Shown here piece by piece: positions 1 to 10,231 of a stretch of 64,000 nucleotides of DNA; within the stretch, counting starts at the first letter, position 1, and every line of letters begins with the position of its first letter. The DNA is from a virus. Under the pieces are notes generated by a model. It was not told the origin of the DNA, made no database searches, and was given only the letters and a program-made list of their open reading frames with translations. The translations under genes were made by a program, and so were the position numbers. The stretch lies in the IMG/VR virus record IMGVR_UViG_3300038427_000078; one strand, written 5' to 3'.

Positions 1-346
1 CGAACTTCTCCACGAACTCGTTCTTGGTGTAGACGTGATCGCTGGCGAACTGGTACAGCCACTCGGTCGCATCCTCTTCGTCGGATGTGTCCAGGTGAGC
101 CATCGCCAGCGATAGGAGGGTGCCTCCCTCGCACACGAAGCAGTGGTACACCATCTTCTCACGGTTGATGGCGAACTTGCCGGTCGTGTCGCCGTTGGCA
201 TGCAGTCCCCAATAGTCCGGGCACTGACCGATGTCCTCGTCCTTGTACGTGCGCAGCACGTCGAAGCCGATAGCTTCCTCGAACGCATCGATGTCGATGT
301 CGTCACAGAACTGACTGTACTTAGGAATCTTCCTGGTTCTCGCCAC
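1..346 (-). CDS. DNA primase, N-terminal zinc-binding domain (runs off window edge)
   Basis: Manual translation MARTRKIPKY...QCPDYWGLH...KFAINREKMVYHCFVCEGG fits a CHC2 zinc finger; next to DnaB. Confidence 0.75.
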   Translation of the reverse strand, partial: MARTRKIPKYSQFCDDIDIDAFEEAIGFDVLRTYKDEDIGQCPDYWGLHANGDTTGKFAINREKMVYHCFVCEGGTLLSLAMAHLDTSDEEDATEWLYQFASDHVYTKNEFVEKF

Positions 347-551
347 GACGTTTACGCCTCCATCGTTCCAGGTCGGCCAACTGTTCCGGGCCGAGTTCGT
401 ATTTCAGGAAGTCGAGGCATGGCTCATGGAACCCTCGTCGTAGAGAGTGCGCTCCATTCGCCACAATCATGTTCTGCGTGGGAGGATTGCCGCAAGGACA
501 CGGAGCGATGTAGTCCGGGTCCGCTAGCCAGGGTGGAATCTGTGTACTCAT
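321..551 (-). CDS. Small Cys/His protein
   Basis: ORF abutting neighbours; CPC...HEPC. Confidence 0.5.
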   Translation of the reverse strand: MSTQIPPWLADPDYIAPCPCGNPPTQNMIVANGAHSLRRGFHEPCLDFLKYELGPEQLADLERWRRKRRGENQEDS

Positions 552-1783
552 TCGTCCTCATCTATTACCTTCTCGATTTCGAGAGAGCACTGCTTAGAAA
601 GATCGATGTTGACCTCCCATGAGCGGTAGTCGTGGTTGCGGGCGGCGAGAGTACCTAGTTCACACACTCGGGATTTACGCATCTCTTTGCTGGCCCACAG
701 TCCGAGGACGAGTGTGGCTGTCTCCTCAATGGCAGCAGATCCCTTGGCCTGATGCACGGACGGCATGGCCTCGGCGTTCATCACACTGCGGTTGAACTGA
801 TGAGCGAAGCAGATCGGAATCTCGTCGCTAAGGTTGCGGGCCTCGTCCAGCACGTCGAAGTATTGCCCTGTCTCGTTCCATGAGCCGAGGGACTTACCCT
901 TTATCTCCACGTACTGTAGCTGGTCGATGAGCACACAGTCTGCCCCGGCGTCTTTGGCACAGCCCACCAGCGAGGCGAGGTCGCGTTCGCCACGCGGAGG
1001 CTTGAGGGTACGGTAGGCACCCTGGCCGTCGAGCAGATCGGAGGCTTCGTGGATGAGCTTCCACTCATCCTTGCTGATGCAGTCGTTGATGTACTTGTGC
1101 CACGGCACACCGCTCACCATGCACCGCAGGCGCATGTCCGTTTCCTCAGCCGGAAGCTCAAGCGAGTAGAGGAACGGGTAGATGCCCTTGACGACGTTGC
1201 TGATAGTGGCGTTGACCATGAACCAGGACTTCCAGGTCTTCGGCGGGCCGAGGAAGATCGTCACACCCCGCTGGCCTGCGAAGTAGTCGTCCACCTGCTC
1301 GAAACCGAGGCTCGGACCTTTGCCTTTCTGAGTCTTCTTGTAGTACAGATCCTTGGCCCGGTCGTAGTCGCCGGTGCCGAATACTTCGCCCGTCCGATTG
1401 AGGAGAGCCTGTAGCTGCTTGCCGTGCTGATCGAGGAGTTTGCCGAGGGCGGTCGGCTGTGCCTTGTAGCCCTCCGCGATGGCCTTGAGCGCCTTGCGGC
1501 CCTCTGTCTCCGCGTAGTTCATGCGCAGTCGTTCGATCAGGTCGCCCGGTGCAGTGACCGGCTCGAAGAACTCGATGTCGAACTCGTCGGTCAGTACCTC
1601 CTGCGTCGGCGGCTGGCCGTACTCTCGCGTGTGGTTGTCTGCCCACACGTACGCCTCGCGGACGCCCTCGTCCTCGATCAACTGCGACTGCATGCCCTCT
1701 CCACGGAACACCAGCCATGACTCAGGCAGGGGCAGGTGGTTCAGAACCTCCCCGTCCAGGTCCAGGTTGACTAGCTCAGTCAT
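548..1783 (-). CDS. dnaB: DnaB-like replicative helicase
   Basis: Walker A GPPKTWKS, YSLE, Walker B VLIDQLQ, HQFNR, GSAAIEETA. Confidence 0.85.
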   Translation of the reverse strand: MTELVNLDLDGEVLNHLPLPESWLVFRGEGMQSQLIEDEGVREAYVWADNHTREYGQPPTQEVLTDEFDIEFFEPVTAPGDLIERLRMNYAETEGRKALKAIAEGYKAQPTALGKLLDQHGKQLQALLNRTGEVFGTGDYDRAKDLYYKKTQKGKGPSLGFEQVDDYFAGQRGVTIFLGPPKTWKSWFMVNATISNVVKGIYPFLYSLELPAEETDMRLRCMVSGVPWHKYINDCISKDEWKLIHEASDLLDGQGAYRTLKPPRGERDLASLVGCAKDAGADCVLIDQLQYVEIKGKSLGSWNETGQYFDVLDEARNLSDEIPICFAHQFNRSVMNAEAMPSVHQAKGSAAIEETATLVLGLWASKEMRKSRVCELGTLAARNHDYRSWEVNIDLSKQCSLEIEKVIDEDE

Positions 1784-2228
1784 CGTTGCTTGAGTCTAGC
1801 AGGGCTAGGCCGTAGCGGTCGTACTCGATCCCGCCGATGCGGTCCCGCTTCTGGATGCCAGGGATCTGCTTCGAGCGAGTGTCGTCTACCTCGCTGTGCG
1901 GCTGCATGCCCCAATCTTCAAGGAGTTCCTTGACCTTGTAGTAGTGGTTGTCGGGAGCAAGCATCACCCACAGCGCGCGTTGGTAGTCGCGCAGGTAGTT
2001 GAGCGCAGACTGCAAGTCTTGCAGGACTTTCTTTCCGTCCGGGCTGGCGTAGCGGGCTTTGCCCTCCACGTCGGCTTTGTCGTACAGGTTCTCGAATGAC
2101 TTGACCCGTATTTCGGACAGGTGTAGGTCGCTCCGCAGCGCGCTGACGCGGTGCTGTTCGCGTTCCATGTCCGTCTTGTAGGTACCTAGTGGGACTAGGT
2201 GGAGTTTGATGAGAATGCGTTCTAGCAT
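1776..2228 (-). CDS. Hypothetical protein
   Basis: ORF overlapping dnaB start. Confidence 0.55.
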   Translation of the reverse strand: MLERILIKLHLVPLGTYKTDMEREQHRVSALRSDLHLSEIRVKSFENLYDKADVEGKARYASPDGKKVLQDLQSALNYLRDYQRALWVMLAPDNHYYKVKELLEDWGMQPHSEVDDTRSKQIPGIQKRDRIGGIEYDRYGLALLDSSNDD

Positions 2229-2884
2229 ATCGCCTCCAACGGGATTGCATGAATATTGGGAGAACCACAGTCTTGACAGACCCATACCTGTCCCTCTCCA
2301 TGATCCTTACTTCGTAGCTGCAAGTTCTCGATACGATTGTCGTCCCGCATACCATTGACGTGATGAACTGTCTCATCCTTTCTCAATGGGCGTCCGAGAT
2401 GCTTTGCCATGAGCAGACGATGCTCCATGACGTAAAGGCTTTTCCAATCCTCGGGCAACCAAGAGCGCATCTCATCCGTTACACGAAGCTGTATGTATCC
2501 TTCGCTAGTAATTGATCGACCACCCGTCCATCGATGGTTGTTAGGCCCACGTCTATAACGAAGATCAGACGGATCATATCCTTCTGCACGGAGGATACAG
2601 TCGATAGCACCGGGATAGGTATCATATTCGCGGGCGATGCGACTCTTGGCAAATCCTGCTTTCCAATTCCAAACAATTCCCTTGATATCATCTGTCGTCC
2701 ACTCCTTTCTTGCAGACGGACGAGGAGCGTTTTGTCCACGTACGTCTATCCCGGCTGCCTCTAAAGCACGATAAAGTGTACCATCGGCGCACCCAAAACG
2801 GGCGCATATCTCCATGGTACCTACGCCCTGATGATATAGCTCCGCCATTGTCGCCTTTTCTTGTGGGGAATATCTTGGCATCAT
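2222..2884 (-). CDS. HNH homing endonuclease with N-terminal HTH
   Basis: EHRLLMAKHLGRPL...VHHVNGMRDDNRIENL; lower GC than flanks. Confidence 0.9.
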   Translation of the reverse strand: MMPRYSPQEKATMAELYHQGVGTMEICARFGCADGTLYRALEAAGIDVRGQNAPRPSARKEWTTDDIKGIVWNWKAGFAKSRIAREYDTYPGAIDCILRAEGYDPSDLRYRRGPNNHRWTGGRSITSEGYIQLRVTDEMRSWLPEDWKSLYVMEHRLLMAKHLGRPLRKDETVHHVNGMRDDNRIENLQLRSKDHGEGQVWVCQDCGSPNIHAIPLEAIC

Positions 2885-2916
2885 CTATTATGTGGAAGTA
2901 ATCAAGAACCTTGTAG

Positions 2917-3771
2917 CTACGTGATCGGTCTGACTTCTCCGTTCTGTAGTAGTTCGAAGTCGATGTCCCACACGCTCTCACGACGAACGTCTGAGCCGTT
3001 TACAGTGATCGGCTGTGAGTTCGATGACAGCAGGGAGTACGCCCTCGGGAAGAGCCGGTCGAGTACGTCCGGTTCCATGTTGGTTGTGTAGATGGTGACC
3101 TTGTTGAAGTTGGTACGGTGGCGGATCAGATCCTCGAAGCGCGAAGCGAAGAAGTTCTTTTGTGGATCGCTCACTGGCTCCGTGACCTCATCGAGTACGA
3201 GCACGGTGCGTGACTTGAGCCAGTCCTCGCGCTCAAGCTGTTGCTCGTTCGGCAGGCGGTAGATGTTGAGCACGTCGTTGAAGTTGGAGAACCCGACCGT
3301 CGCACCACGGCGGATCAGCGCCCGCCCGATGAATGTGGCGAGGAAGGTCTTACCTACGCCGAGGGTCTTGGCGTGAAAGCCCAAGCCCATACCGAAGTCC
3401 CGGCAGCGCTCCCACCCGTCGAGGTAGCCATGTACCTCAGCGAGCGCCTTCTGATCGCCCACCCAATCGAACTCGCTGTAGCGCATGTATTTGTACGGGA
3501 TACCTGCGGCCATGTAGTGACGCAGGAGAGTGCTCTGTTCCTCGCAGTCGCAGTCGCAGACTTCACCATTGTAGGTGTACTCTCCGGTGATCGAGCCTAG
3601 CTCAATCTCTGACAGATCGTTCTTGCAGGTGGGGCAGCGGTTAGGATCCAGTCCGCATTCGCGGATCAGAGCCTCAACTTGGATCAGTTGGCTGTCCGTT
3701 AGCCACGGCAGACGCTTCGGCCTCCCGCTCGGAGAGGAACTGTTCGTATTCGGTTGCGATGTTGAAGGCAT
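2917..3771 (-). CDS. DnaC/IstB-like AAA+ helicase loader
   Basis: Zn-Cys N-terminus, GVGKT, VLVLDE, IYTTN. Confidence 0.85.
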   Translation of the reverse strand: MPSTSQPNTNSSSPSGRPKRLPWLTDSQLIQVEALIRECGLDPNRCPTCKNDLSEIELGSITGEYTYNGEVCDCDCEEQSTLLRHYMAAGIPYKYMRYSEFDWVGDQKALAEVHGYLDGWERCRDFGMGLGFHAKTLGVGKTFLATFIGRALIRRGATVGFSNFNDVLNIYRLPNEQQLEREDWLKSRTVLVLDEVTEPVSDPQKNFFASRFEDLIRHRTNFNKVTIYTTNMEPDVLDRLFPRAYSLLSSNSQPITVNGSDVRRESVWDIDFELLQNGEVRPIT

Positions 3772-4324
3772 ACTCTACTTTCTTGGCTCGGTTGCCATCG
3801 ACTGTGACGTACGGACGCTGTAGCGAGAGTATAGCCTCCGGGATCATTTTGTCAAGAGCAATCTCGTAGCTCTTGCCTAGCTTCTCCTTCTGCCTCTCGC
3901 TCAATGGGAGGTAGAGCAGCAACTCTTGCGGGTCAGTGACGGATGCGACGATCACACCGAGTCCCATCGACGCTCCCTCGCCTATGGTTTTCAGGGTTTC
4001 CTGAACGTCCTGATCCTCCTTGTTCCAGAAGATGTCACGGTTCACACGCAGCCCGTTGTAGACGAGCGATTCGATGGTTGACCCGGCGACGATGAGGTTG
4101 TCAGTCTTCTTCGCAGCCGCCACCTTTTCGGCGGTCATCCTGATCGCTGCGGCCTGTAGGTTCATGCCGTAGTTGGCGATGACCCCGTAGTCCTCGTTCG
4201 TTTCCTTGCTGAGCTTGTTGATGTACCCGTCCACGACGGCTGTCGTGCCGGGGAGTTTCTTGGCGAGCGCTTTCGCCAGGGCGGTCTTGCCTGCGCCTGG
4301 TGCGCCGAGTAGGACGAGCCTCAT
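3674..4324 (-). CDS. P-loop nucleotide kinase-like protein
   Basis: MRLVLLGAPGAGKT. Confidence 0.65.
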   Translation of the reverse strand: MRLVLLGAPGAGKTALAKALAKKLPGTTAVVDGYINKLSKETNEDYGVIANYGMNLQAAAIRMTAEKVAAAKKTDNLIVAGSTIESLVYNGLRVNRDIFWNKEDQDVQETLKTIGEGASMGLGVIVASVTDPQELLLYLPLSERQKEKLGKSYEIALDKMIPEAILSLQRPYVTVDGNRAKKVEYAFNIATEYEQFLSEREAEASAVANGQPTDPS

Positions 4325-4493
4325 GGTAGCGTCCACGCTCCGTTCTCGTCTACGTAGCCGAGGATGCGTAGCGCCTCGACCGATTCCTTCTCCAAGTTGC
4401 TGACGCGCTCTCCGTGTACTTGGTGGCGTACGACCTGAGCCTGTACCCACCTGACCAGGAGGTTCGCCAACTCGTTGACTTGATCCTCTGGCA

Positions 4494-4787
4494 TCATCGT
4501 TTCACTTTCCGGTTGTTGGATCCTTCTATCTCTTCAAGTAGTGTCATGGTAGCACAAACAAGATGGTATCGCGAGGCACTGATGCGTCCGTGATTACGCG
4601 CAGCCCCAGCAATTCGTCGCACCCCGTCCGTCGTGGTCTGTCGATCAAGACTTCCAGGCACGCGACCGAAGCTGACGATACCCTTCTCGTCCCACTGCCG
4701 AAGAGTGACAGGACTCTTGCCAAGAAGCTGTCCGACGACACTGACGCTAAACGTAAAACGCCAATTCTCTCGGGTCGTAGTCCGCAT
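4494..4787 (-). CDS. MerR-like HTH DNA-binding protein
   Basis: VGQLLGKSPVTLRQWDEKG. Confidence 0.6.
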   Translation of the reverse strand: MRTTTRENWRFTFSVSVVGQLLGKSPVTLRQWDEKGIVSFGRVPGSLDRQTTTDGVRRIAGAARNHGRISASRYHLVCATMTLLEEIEGSNNRKVKR

Positions 4788-4799
4788 CTATCCATTCTA

Positions 4800-4994
4800 T
4801 CAGGGTTCGACCTTGAAGTAGCCGTCCTTGCAGAGTGTGTCTTGTTTTTCACCTGGGTATCCTTGGTAGTGGACTTGTACTTCCTGCACGCCACCATGAT
4901 GTTCGCAGACGAAGCTCGGCGGACGGATCTGTCCAGCGCCACAGCCTGCAAGCATTACCAGGCAGATCACGCCTATGATTGCGAGCCACTTCAT
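4800..4994 (-). CDS. Small lipoprotein
   Basis: Signal peptide with lipobox LAGC. Confidence 0.65.
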   Translation of the reverse strand: MKWLAIIGVICLVMLAGCGAGQIRPPSFVCEHHGGVQEVQVHYQGYPGEKQDTLCKDGYFKVEP

Positions 4995-5281
4995 CGTCCG
5001 TCTAGTTCCAGACGCTCGCGTACGTATTCGGATAGCTCTTCCTCGGGCAGCGAGGCCAACCATTCATCATTGATCCGGTGAGCAAGGCGGGTACGCATGC
5101 GGCGGATGCTGATGATGTCCTCCTCGTAGATGTGGTAGCCCTCGCGCAGCTTGTGCATCAGGTGGACCAGCCCGGTCGCCCGAATCAACAAAGCGGCTTC
5201 GGTCTGTTCCTCCACGTCCTCAAGGTCGTGGTGACGAGGCGCGACCACGATGTAGCTCTTGGGTGTGCCTGTGACTCTCAT
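4991..5281 (-). CDS. Hypothetical protein
   Basis: 4-nt overlaps with both neighbours. Confidence 0.55.
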   Translation of the reverse strand: MRVTGTPKSYIVVAPRHHDLEDVEEQTEAALLIRATGLVHLMHKLREGYHIYEEDIISIRRMRTRLAHRINDEWLASLPEEELSEYVRERLELDGR

Positions 5282-5949
5282 TCAAGCTCCTCCGGTTTGG
5301 GTTTACGTGGAGACTCTAGCCGGTAGCTGAGCTTGCCCGGTAGGATGTACTCCTGCACCTTCTGATAGTCCTCCTCACGCAAGTCCTCGAAGGGGCGGAG
5401 CAAGCGGACGAACTCGTCGCGGTTGTCTGTGCAGAATTTCCTCACCTGATACGCGATGCCCTCGCCACCAATCTCCTTGGCGAGTCTCCATAGAAGCTGT
5501 TCCTCGGGCGAGGTAGTGATGCGCAGCCAGAGAAGCGGGTCATCCTCCTTGAGCGAGGCGTCGTCAAGGTAGGGTGAACCCTGGACCACGTTGCGCTGGA
5601 AGATGGTCTTGCGATCCTTGCTGATGTAGGTGTACTTCATCCACGCAGGATCCTCTTCGACAAGAACCTGGAAGGGTTCGTCCTCAATCTTGACGATCTT
5701 CCATTCCGGGTGGAAGCGATGGACGTAGGTTTCAACCTCTTCGTTCGTGGCGATGATACCCATGCCCGGAGCTTCGGTCGGGATCATGATCGTCCTGGTG
5801 GCTCGGGACTGGACTTCTAGTCGCTCGGTAGCCGCCGCGAAGAACTCGATGCGTGCGTCCTCTAGCTCTTTGGCCTCTTCCTTCTGCCCGGAGTGGTGCT
5901 TCTTCACCGCTTTGGTGACCTTCTCGATGTCGAAGTCGAACTCAGTCAA
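5278..5949 (-). CDS. Hypothetical protein
   Basis: TTG start preceded by AAGGAG. Confidence 0.6.
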   Translation of the reverse strand: MTEFDFDIEKVTKAVKKHHSGQKEEAKELEDARIEFFAAATERLEVQSRATRTIMIPTEAPGMGIIATNEEVETYVHRFHPEWKIVKIEDEPFQVLVEEDPAWMKYTYISKDRKTIFQRNVVQGSPYLDDASLKEDDPLLWLRITTSPEEQLLWRLAKEIGGEGIAYQVRKFCTDNRDEFVRLLRPFEDLREEDYQKVQEYILPGKLSYRLESPRKPKPEELE

Positions 5950-6259
5950 CGTACTCTGTCTCCTTGATTGTCTCGTCCCCACACCGAGGACAGATGTGAT
6001 GCTCAGCCTGGTCCGGGGTCTGTTGCTCCGGTCCATCAAGCTGATGCCATCGGCAGAGTATATCAAACGCCTGTTGCTGGTGTTTGCAGTGGCCTCGGAA
6101 GAGGAACGACTCGCACTCGCAGATCAACTCGTCCACGGTGTCATCAGGCCAGGCTACTTTGACGCGGTAGACGACACCGGGTTTGGACCCGGAGGGAATG
6201 TCGATTTCGAACCACGGCTCAGCGCTGACGCAGTGTTGAACCTGCACCAAATCACTCAT
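5942..6259 (-). CDS. SWIM zinc-finger protein
   Basis: YRV...ICECESFLFRGHCKH plus a CxxC; TGCTATAGT lies just upstream of the ATG. Confidence 0.75.
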   Translation of the reverse strand: MSDLVQVQHCVSAEPWFEIDIPSGSKPGVVYRVKVAWPDDTVDELICECESFLFRGHCKHQQQAFDILCRWHQLDGPEQQTPDQAEHHICPRCGDETIKETEYVD

Positions 6260-6544
6260 GACTCCGCACTATAGCAGGGTCGCTTGCCACTCCAATCCTC
6301 GGTTACACGCCCGCGATGTGCGCAAGTCTTAGTCTCTTGTCTTCTCTTCCAGCAAAAGGGCAAGTTTAGTCCCAAGTATACACTGTGTTTTCTCTAGGTT
6401 CTCCAAGGGGTTCTGGAAGTTTGGTGTCAGTACCTATACCAATCTTGCCCTCATGCGCCATGCTAGCACACGCGCGAGGATCCTTCAACCCCTCGGACCC
6501 AGCAAGGTCGTTGGGCACTCTCTGCTATGCTGAAACGCAGCGTA

Positions 6545-8263
6545 ATGACCACTGATTTCGACGCACGGAAGGAAACAATGGAGCTTGTAGAACAGGCCCA
6601 GGATCGCTGGCAGCTTGACGCTGACGACGTGATGGGTACGTGGGCATTTACGCAGTACCTTGACAAGTACGCATGGAAGGACGAGGACGGAGAACCGACA
6701 GAGGTATGGCCCGACACCGCCTACCGCGTGGTGAGGCACGTCCTTGGAGCACTCGGCTACACCGACCGCGACCCTGAGTTCCAAGCTCTCGTCGGCCTCA
6801 TAGCCAGCCGCAAGTTCATCCCCGGAGGCAGGTACCTAGCCAGCGCAGGCAAGCGCAAGCATCAGGTCAACAACTGCTTCCTCTACCGCTGCCCGGACTC
6901 GCTCGAAGGGTGGGCGGACACTGTGTGGAAGGGCATCATGGGCCTTGGCTCAGGCGGAGGCATCGGCGTGGTCTATTCAGACGTGCGCGCGTACGGGGAA
7001 CCGATCAAGACCACCGGAGGCATCGGCACCGGCCCTCTATCACCCGCGCGTATGGTGAACGAGATTGCACGCGAGGTCATCAGCGGGGGCAACCGCCGCT
7101 CCGCCATTTGGGGTGGCCTCCACTGGAACCACGGCGACATCTTCAACTGGATCCATGCGAAGGACTGGTCCGACGAGGTATGCAAGGCGAAGGCAGCCGA
7201 CTACAACTTCGCCGCCCCGCTGGACATGACCAACATCAGTGTCATCCTTGACGACGAGTTCTTCGATGCGTTTGAGAACGTGGACCACCCGCAGCACTCA
7301 CTCGCCTGCCGCGTCTACTACGAGGCAACGGCGAACATGGTGAAGAACGGTGAGCCAGGGTTCAGCATCGACGTGGGAGACAACCGCTACGAAAATCTGC
7401 GCAACGCATGCACGGAGATTACGAGTGGCGATGACAGCGACGTATGTAACCTCGGCAGCATCAACCTCGCACGCATCGAGTCACCGGAGGAGTTCGAGGA
7501 GGTAGTAAACCTCGCGACCCTCTTCCTGATGGCGGGTACAGTCTACTCGGACATCCCTCACCACCACGTCAAGGGTGTACGAGAGAAGAACCGTCGCCTC
7601 GGACTCGGCCTCATGGGGATCCATGAGTGGCTGCTGGTCAGAGGTCACAAGTACGAGATGGTACCGGAGCTTGAAAGCTGGCTGGACCGCTACACCAAGT
7701 CCACGGAGTATGCGAATATGTGGGCAGACGCACACAACCTCAGCCGTCCAGTCAAGACGAGGGCCATCGCCCCGAATGGCACCATCGGCATCCTCGCTGA
7801 GACTACTACGTCAGCGGAGCCGATCTTCTGCCTCGCGTACAAGCGGAGGTTCCTCGGCAAAGACAACATCTGGTACCACCAGTACGTCATCGACGCGACG
7901 GCCCGCCATCTCATCGAGGAGATGGGCATCAAGCCAGAGGACATCGAAGACGCCTACACCCTGAGCTACAACGTCGAGCGCCGCATCCGCTTCCAGGCCG
8001 AACTCCAACGCTACGTAGACCACGGCATCAGCAGCACGATCAACCTGCCGTACCAGATCGTAGAACCGGAGGAGGTCATGGGCTTCGCGAACACCCTGTA
8101 CCCGTACCTCCGCAAGCTGCGTGGCATCACCTGCTACCCGGACGGTGCCCGCGCAGGGCAGCCGTTCGAGGCTGTGCCCTACGAGTACGCGGTCACGCGC
8201 ACGGGCGTAACGTTCGAGGACAACAGGGACAACGCCTGCAAGAGCGGGGTCTGCGGCGTCTGA
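6545..8263 (+). CDS. nrdJ: Class II (B12-dependent) ribonucleotide reductase
   Basis: PGGR, NCF, NACTEI, CNLGSINL, IAPNGT, ISSTIN, C-terminal CKSGVC. Confidence 0.9.
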   Translation: MTTDFDARKETMELVEQAQDRWQLDADDVMGTWAFTQYLDKYAWKDEDGEPTEVWPDTAYRVVRHVLGALGYTDRDPEFQALVGLIASRKFIPGGRYLASAGKRKHQVNNCFLYRCPDSLEGWADTVWKGIMGLGSGGGIGVVYSDVRAYGEPIKTTGGIGTGPLSPARMVNEIAREVISGGNRRSAIWGGLHWNHGDIFNWIHAKDWSDEVCKAKAADYNFAAPLDMTNISVILDDEFFDAFENVDHPQHSLACRVYYEATANMVKNGEPGFSIDVGDNRYENLRNACTEITSGDDSDVCNLGSINLARIESPEEFEEVVNLATLFLMAGTVYSDIPHHHVKGVREKNRRLGLGLMGIHEWLLVRGHKYEMVPELESWLDRYTKSTEYANMWADAHNLSRPVKTRAIAPNGTIGILAETTTSAEPIFCLAYKRRFLGKDNIWYHQYVIDATARHLIEEMGIKPEDIEDAYTLSYNVERRIRFQAELQRYVDHGISSTINLPYQIVEPEEVMGFANTLYPYLRKLRGITCYPDGARAGQPFEAVPYEYAVTRTGVTFEDNRDNACKSGVCGV

Positions 8264-8265
8264 CC

Positions 8266-8300
8266 TTGACAGGCTCGCGAGGGCGTGCTACTATCTCGGT
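8266..8300 (+). promoter_or_regulatory. SigA-type promoter, leaderless
   Basis: TTGACA-17-TACTAT with extended TG; ATG 6 nt downstream. Confidence 0.75.
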
Positions 8301-8726
8301 ATGCCCACCAACGAGACAGTCACCAGGAAGTGCATCGGCTCGGTCGGAGTTGACTCCGGTCAGCTAATCGTCACCGACCCGTGCTACATCAAGGACTTCG
8401 AGAGCGACGACGCATTCAGCGTCCGCCAGAACCTCAACGACGACACCGTGCTCGCGGAGGGCGAGGTACTGCCCTACAGCTACGGCGGTGCGTGCGCAGC
8501 GACCTCTCTCCCCAACCAGGGCGGGCCACTGGCCTACTCGCGTGGGCATGAAGGCGCAGGCGTAGCCGTACGCACCGGATTCGGTGACGGCTTCTACCCC
8601 GTGTTCGTGGAGTACGAGGACACCGGCTTCGCAGGCGTCCGGGTCAAGCGAGTGGTCATCGAGTTCTGGTCCGACGAGGACGAGGACGACGCCGCAGAAG
8701 ATTGGGACGCACCCGATGGGGAGTGA
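8301..8726 (+). CDS. Acidic protein, DUF4241-like
   Basis: VDSGQLIVTDPCY and TGFGDGFYPV motifs. Confidence 0.6.
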   Translation: MPTNETVTRKCIGSVGVDSGQLIVTDPCYIKDFESDDAFSVRQNLNDDTVLAEGEVLPYSYGGACAATSLPNQGGPLAYSRGHEGAGVAVRTGFGDGFYPVFVEYEDTGFAGVRVKRVVIEFWSDEDEDDAAEDWDAPDGE

Positions 8727-8970
8727 CCTCGCTCTCAACCCGCCGCCTCCGCCGCCGATCCATGAGCAGGTGAAGGCGCTCGTTGACTACAACGAAGAGC
8801 TACGTAGCACAGTTCAGCGTCAGCAAGAGCAGATTCGAGCAGCCGAGCGTCTGCATGAGGCGGACACCGCACTTATCGCCCAACTGTCGAGGGAACTCAG
8901 CGAGGCGAATGAGTTGGTCGGCTGGCAGAGGTCGAGGGCACAGCAAGCACTGGACGAGATTGATGCCTAG
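8716..8970 (+). CDS. Coiled-coil hypothetical protein
   Basis: ORF in tightly packed operon. Confidence 0.55.
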   Translation: MGSDLALNPPPPPPIHEQVKALVDYNEELRSTVQRQQEQIRAAERLHEADTALIAQLSRELSEANELVGWQRSRAQQALDEIDA

Positions 8971-9202
8971 AGCGAGAGTACATCGAGGACTGACCTTCAA
9001 CATTGGTCCGATCCGTATTCTGGTGACAGACGTGCGTAACGAGACTGCCTCGGTGCATGTGATCTTCAACAACGAGACAACCCTCGGGGCTGGTCAGGCA
9101 TGTCCGGTTGAGAGCATCGAACGTCTGCTCAACTGGTACGAGAAACTACAGATCGCCATGGTGAATGATGGCATCGACCTAGCGACGGTGGTGTCAGAAT
9201 GA
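8963..9202 (+). CDS. Hypothetical protein
   Basis: ORF in operon. Confidence 0.5.
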   Translation: MPRARVHRGLTFNIGPIRILVTDVRNETASVHVIFNNETTLGAGQACPVESIERLLNWYEKLQIAMVNDGIDLATVVSE

Positions 9203-9332
9203 CTTTCCTCTGGCTCGTCGTGTGGCTGCTCAGCAGCACCCCGGACGTGAGCTTCGCTCACGGTAACGGGTGGGCTATCTCACTCGGCATCTGTGCCTTC
9301 CTTGACATCGTGGGAAGTCGCGAGGCCACCAA

Positions 9333-9659
9333 GTGAAACCCAAAGTTCTTCCCACCATGCCCAAGATCGGGGACATCATCCTGTGGGTGAACAGTCAGCG
9401 CGAGCAGCGCAACCTGCCCGCTCTCAAGGACTTGCCGAAGGGCGTGCGCTCGAAGTTGGGCCTGTGCCCTATCGCTGTGTCACTCTCGACTGACGAGCAG
9501 CCGGTCCACGTAGCATCGTGGGGCTGGACTGAACCGCAGCCGAAGGACACACCGAAGGACGAGCTACTGCCGCAGGTGTGGCATGAGCTTCCCTCCTTCG
9601 TCGCAGACTTCATCCGGAAATTCGATGAGGGCATCGCCTTTCAGGAGTACCATGTCTAG
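9333..9659 (+). CDS. Hypothetical protein
   Basis: ORF in operon. Confidence 0.55.
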   Translation: MKPKVLPTMPKIGDIILWVNSQREQRNLPALKDLPKGVRSKLGLCPIAVSLSTDEQPVHVASWGWTEPQPKDTPKDELLPQVWHELPSFVADFIRKFDEGIAFQEYHV

Positions 9660-9972
9660 GCACACGCACAAGCCTCTCCGTGCCAAGAACCGCGTCATCG
9701 AGGGAGCCTCGGGGCGCAACTCAGGCCAACATCTGTCTCGGGTCACGGAGCCACGCTTCGACAAGGCTACGTGCAAGAGGCTCCCGGTTCTTCGTGGGTT
9801 CAAAGAGAAGCTGCGCCAGGGTAAGAGTCCGATCAAGCCAGAGGCGTTCGAGGTCACGGAAGCCAAGCGAGAGACACGTCACGCGCGGCGCAAAGCCAAG
9901 CGCGATAAGGCACGGGCCATCGGCATCGCAACCCGCCGTCCGAAACGGAAGCAGGTGGCGTGGTGGCGATAG
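9652..9972 (+). CDS. Highly basic hypothetical protein
   Basis: K/R-rich ORF. Confidence 0.5.
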   Translation: MSRHTHKPLRAKNRVIEGASGRNSGQHLSRVTEPRFDKATCKRLPVLRGFKEKLRQGKSPIKPEAFEVTEAKRETRHARRKAKRDKARAIGIATRRPKRKQVAWWR

Positions 9973-10139
9973 CCAACCGTGATCCCATCGAGGTTCCCGT
10001 GACGGCACCCGCTCCTGTACGAGTTCCGCTACCTGAGCCGACGCCTGTCCCGGCGAACCCTCTGCCGACTCCCGACCCGGAGCCAGCCCCCGCACCAGTT
10101 CCGGTCGAGGATCCTGACCGCGAACTGACTCCTGCCTGA
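9963..10139 (+). CDS. Proline-rich small protein (58 aa)
   Basis: Manual translation ...EVPVTAPAPVRVPLPEPTPVPANPLPTPDPEPAP... Confidence 0.5.
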   Translation: MAIANRDPIEVPVTAPAPVRVPLPEPTPVPANPLPTPDPEPAPAPVPVEDPDRELTPA

Positions 10140-10231
10140 ATCTTTCTCTCCAAAGGGTTGAAACCTACTCAACCCCTGCTATAGTACCGGACATGAGCAG
10201 TGCAACCACTACCTAACAGGGAGAAGGAGCC

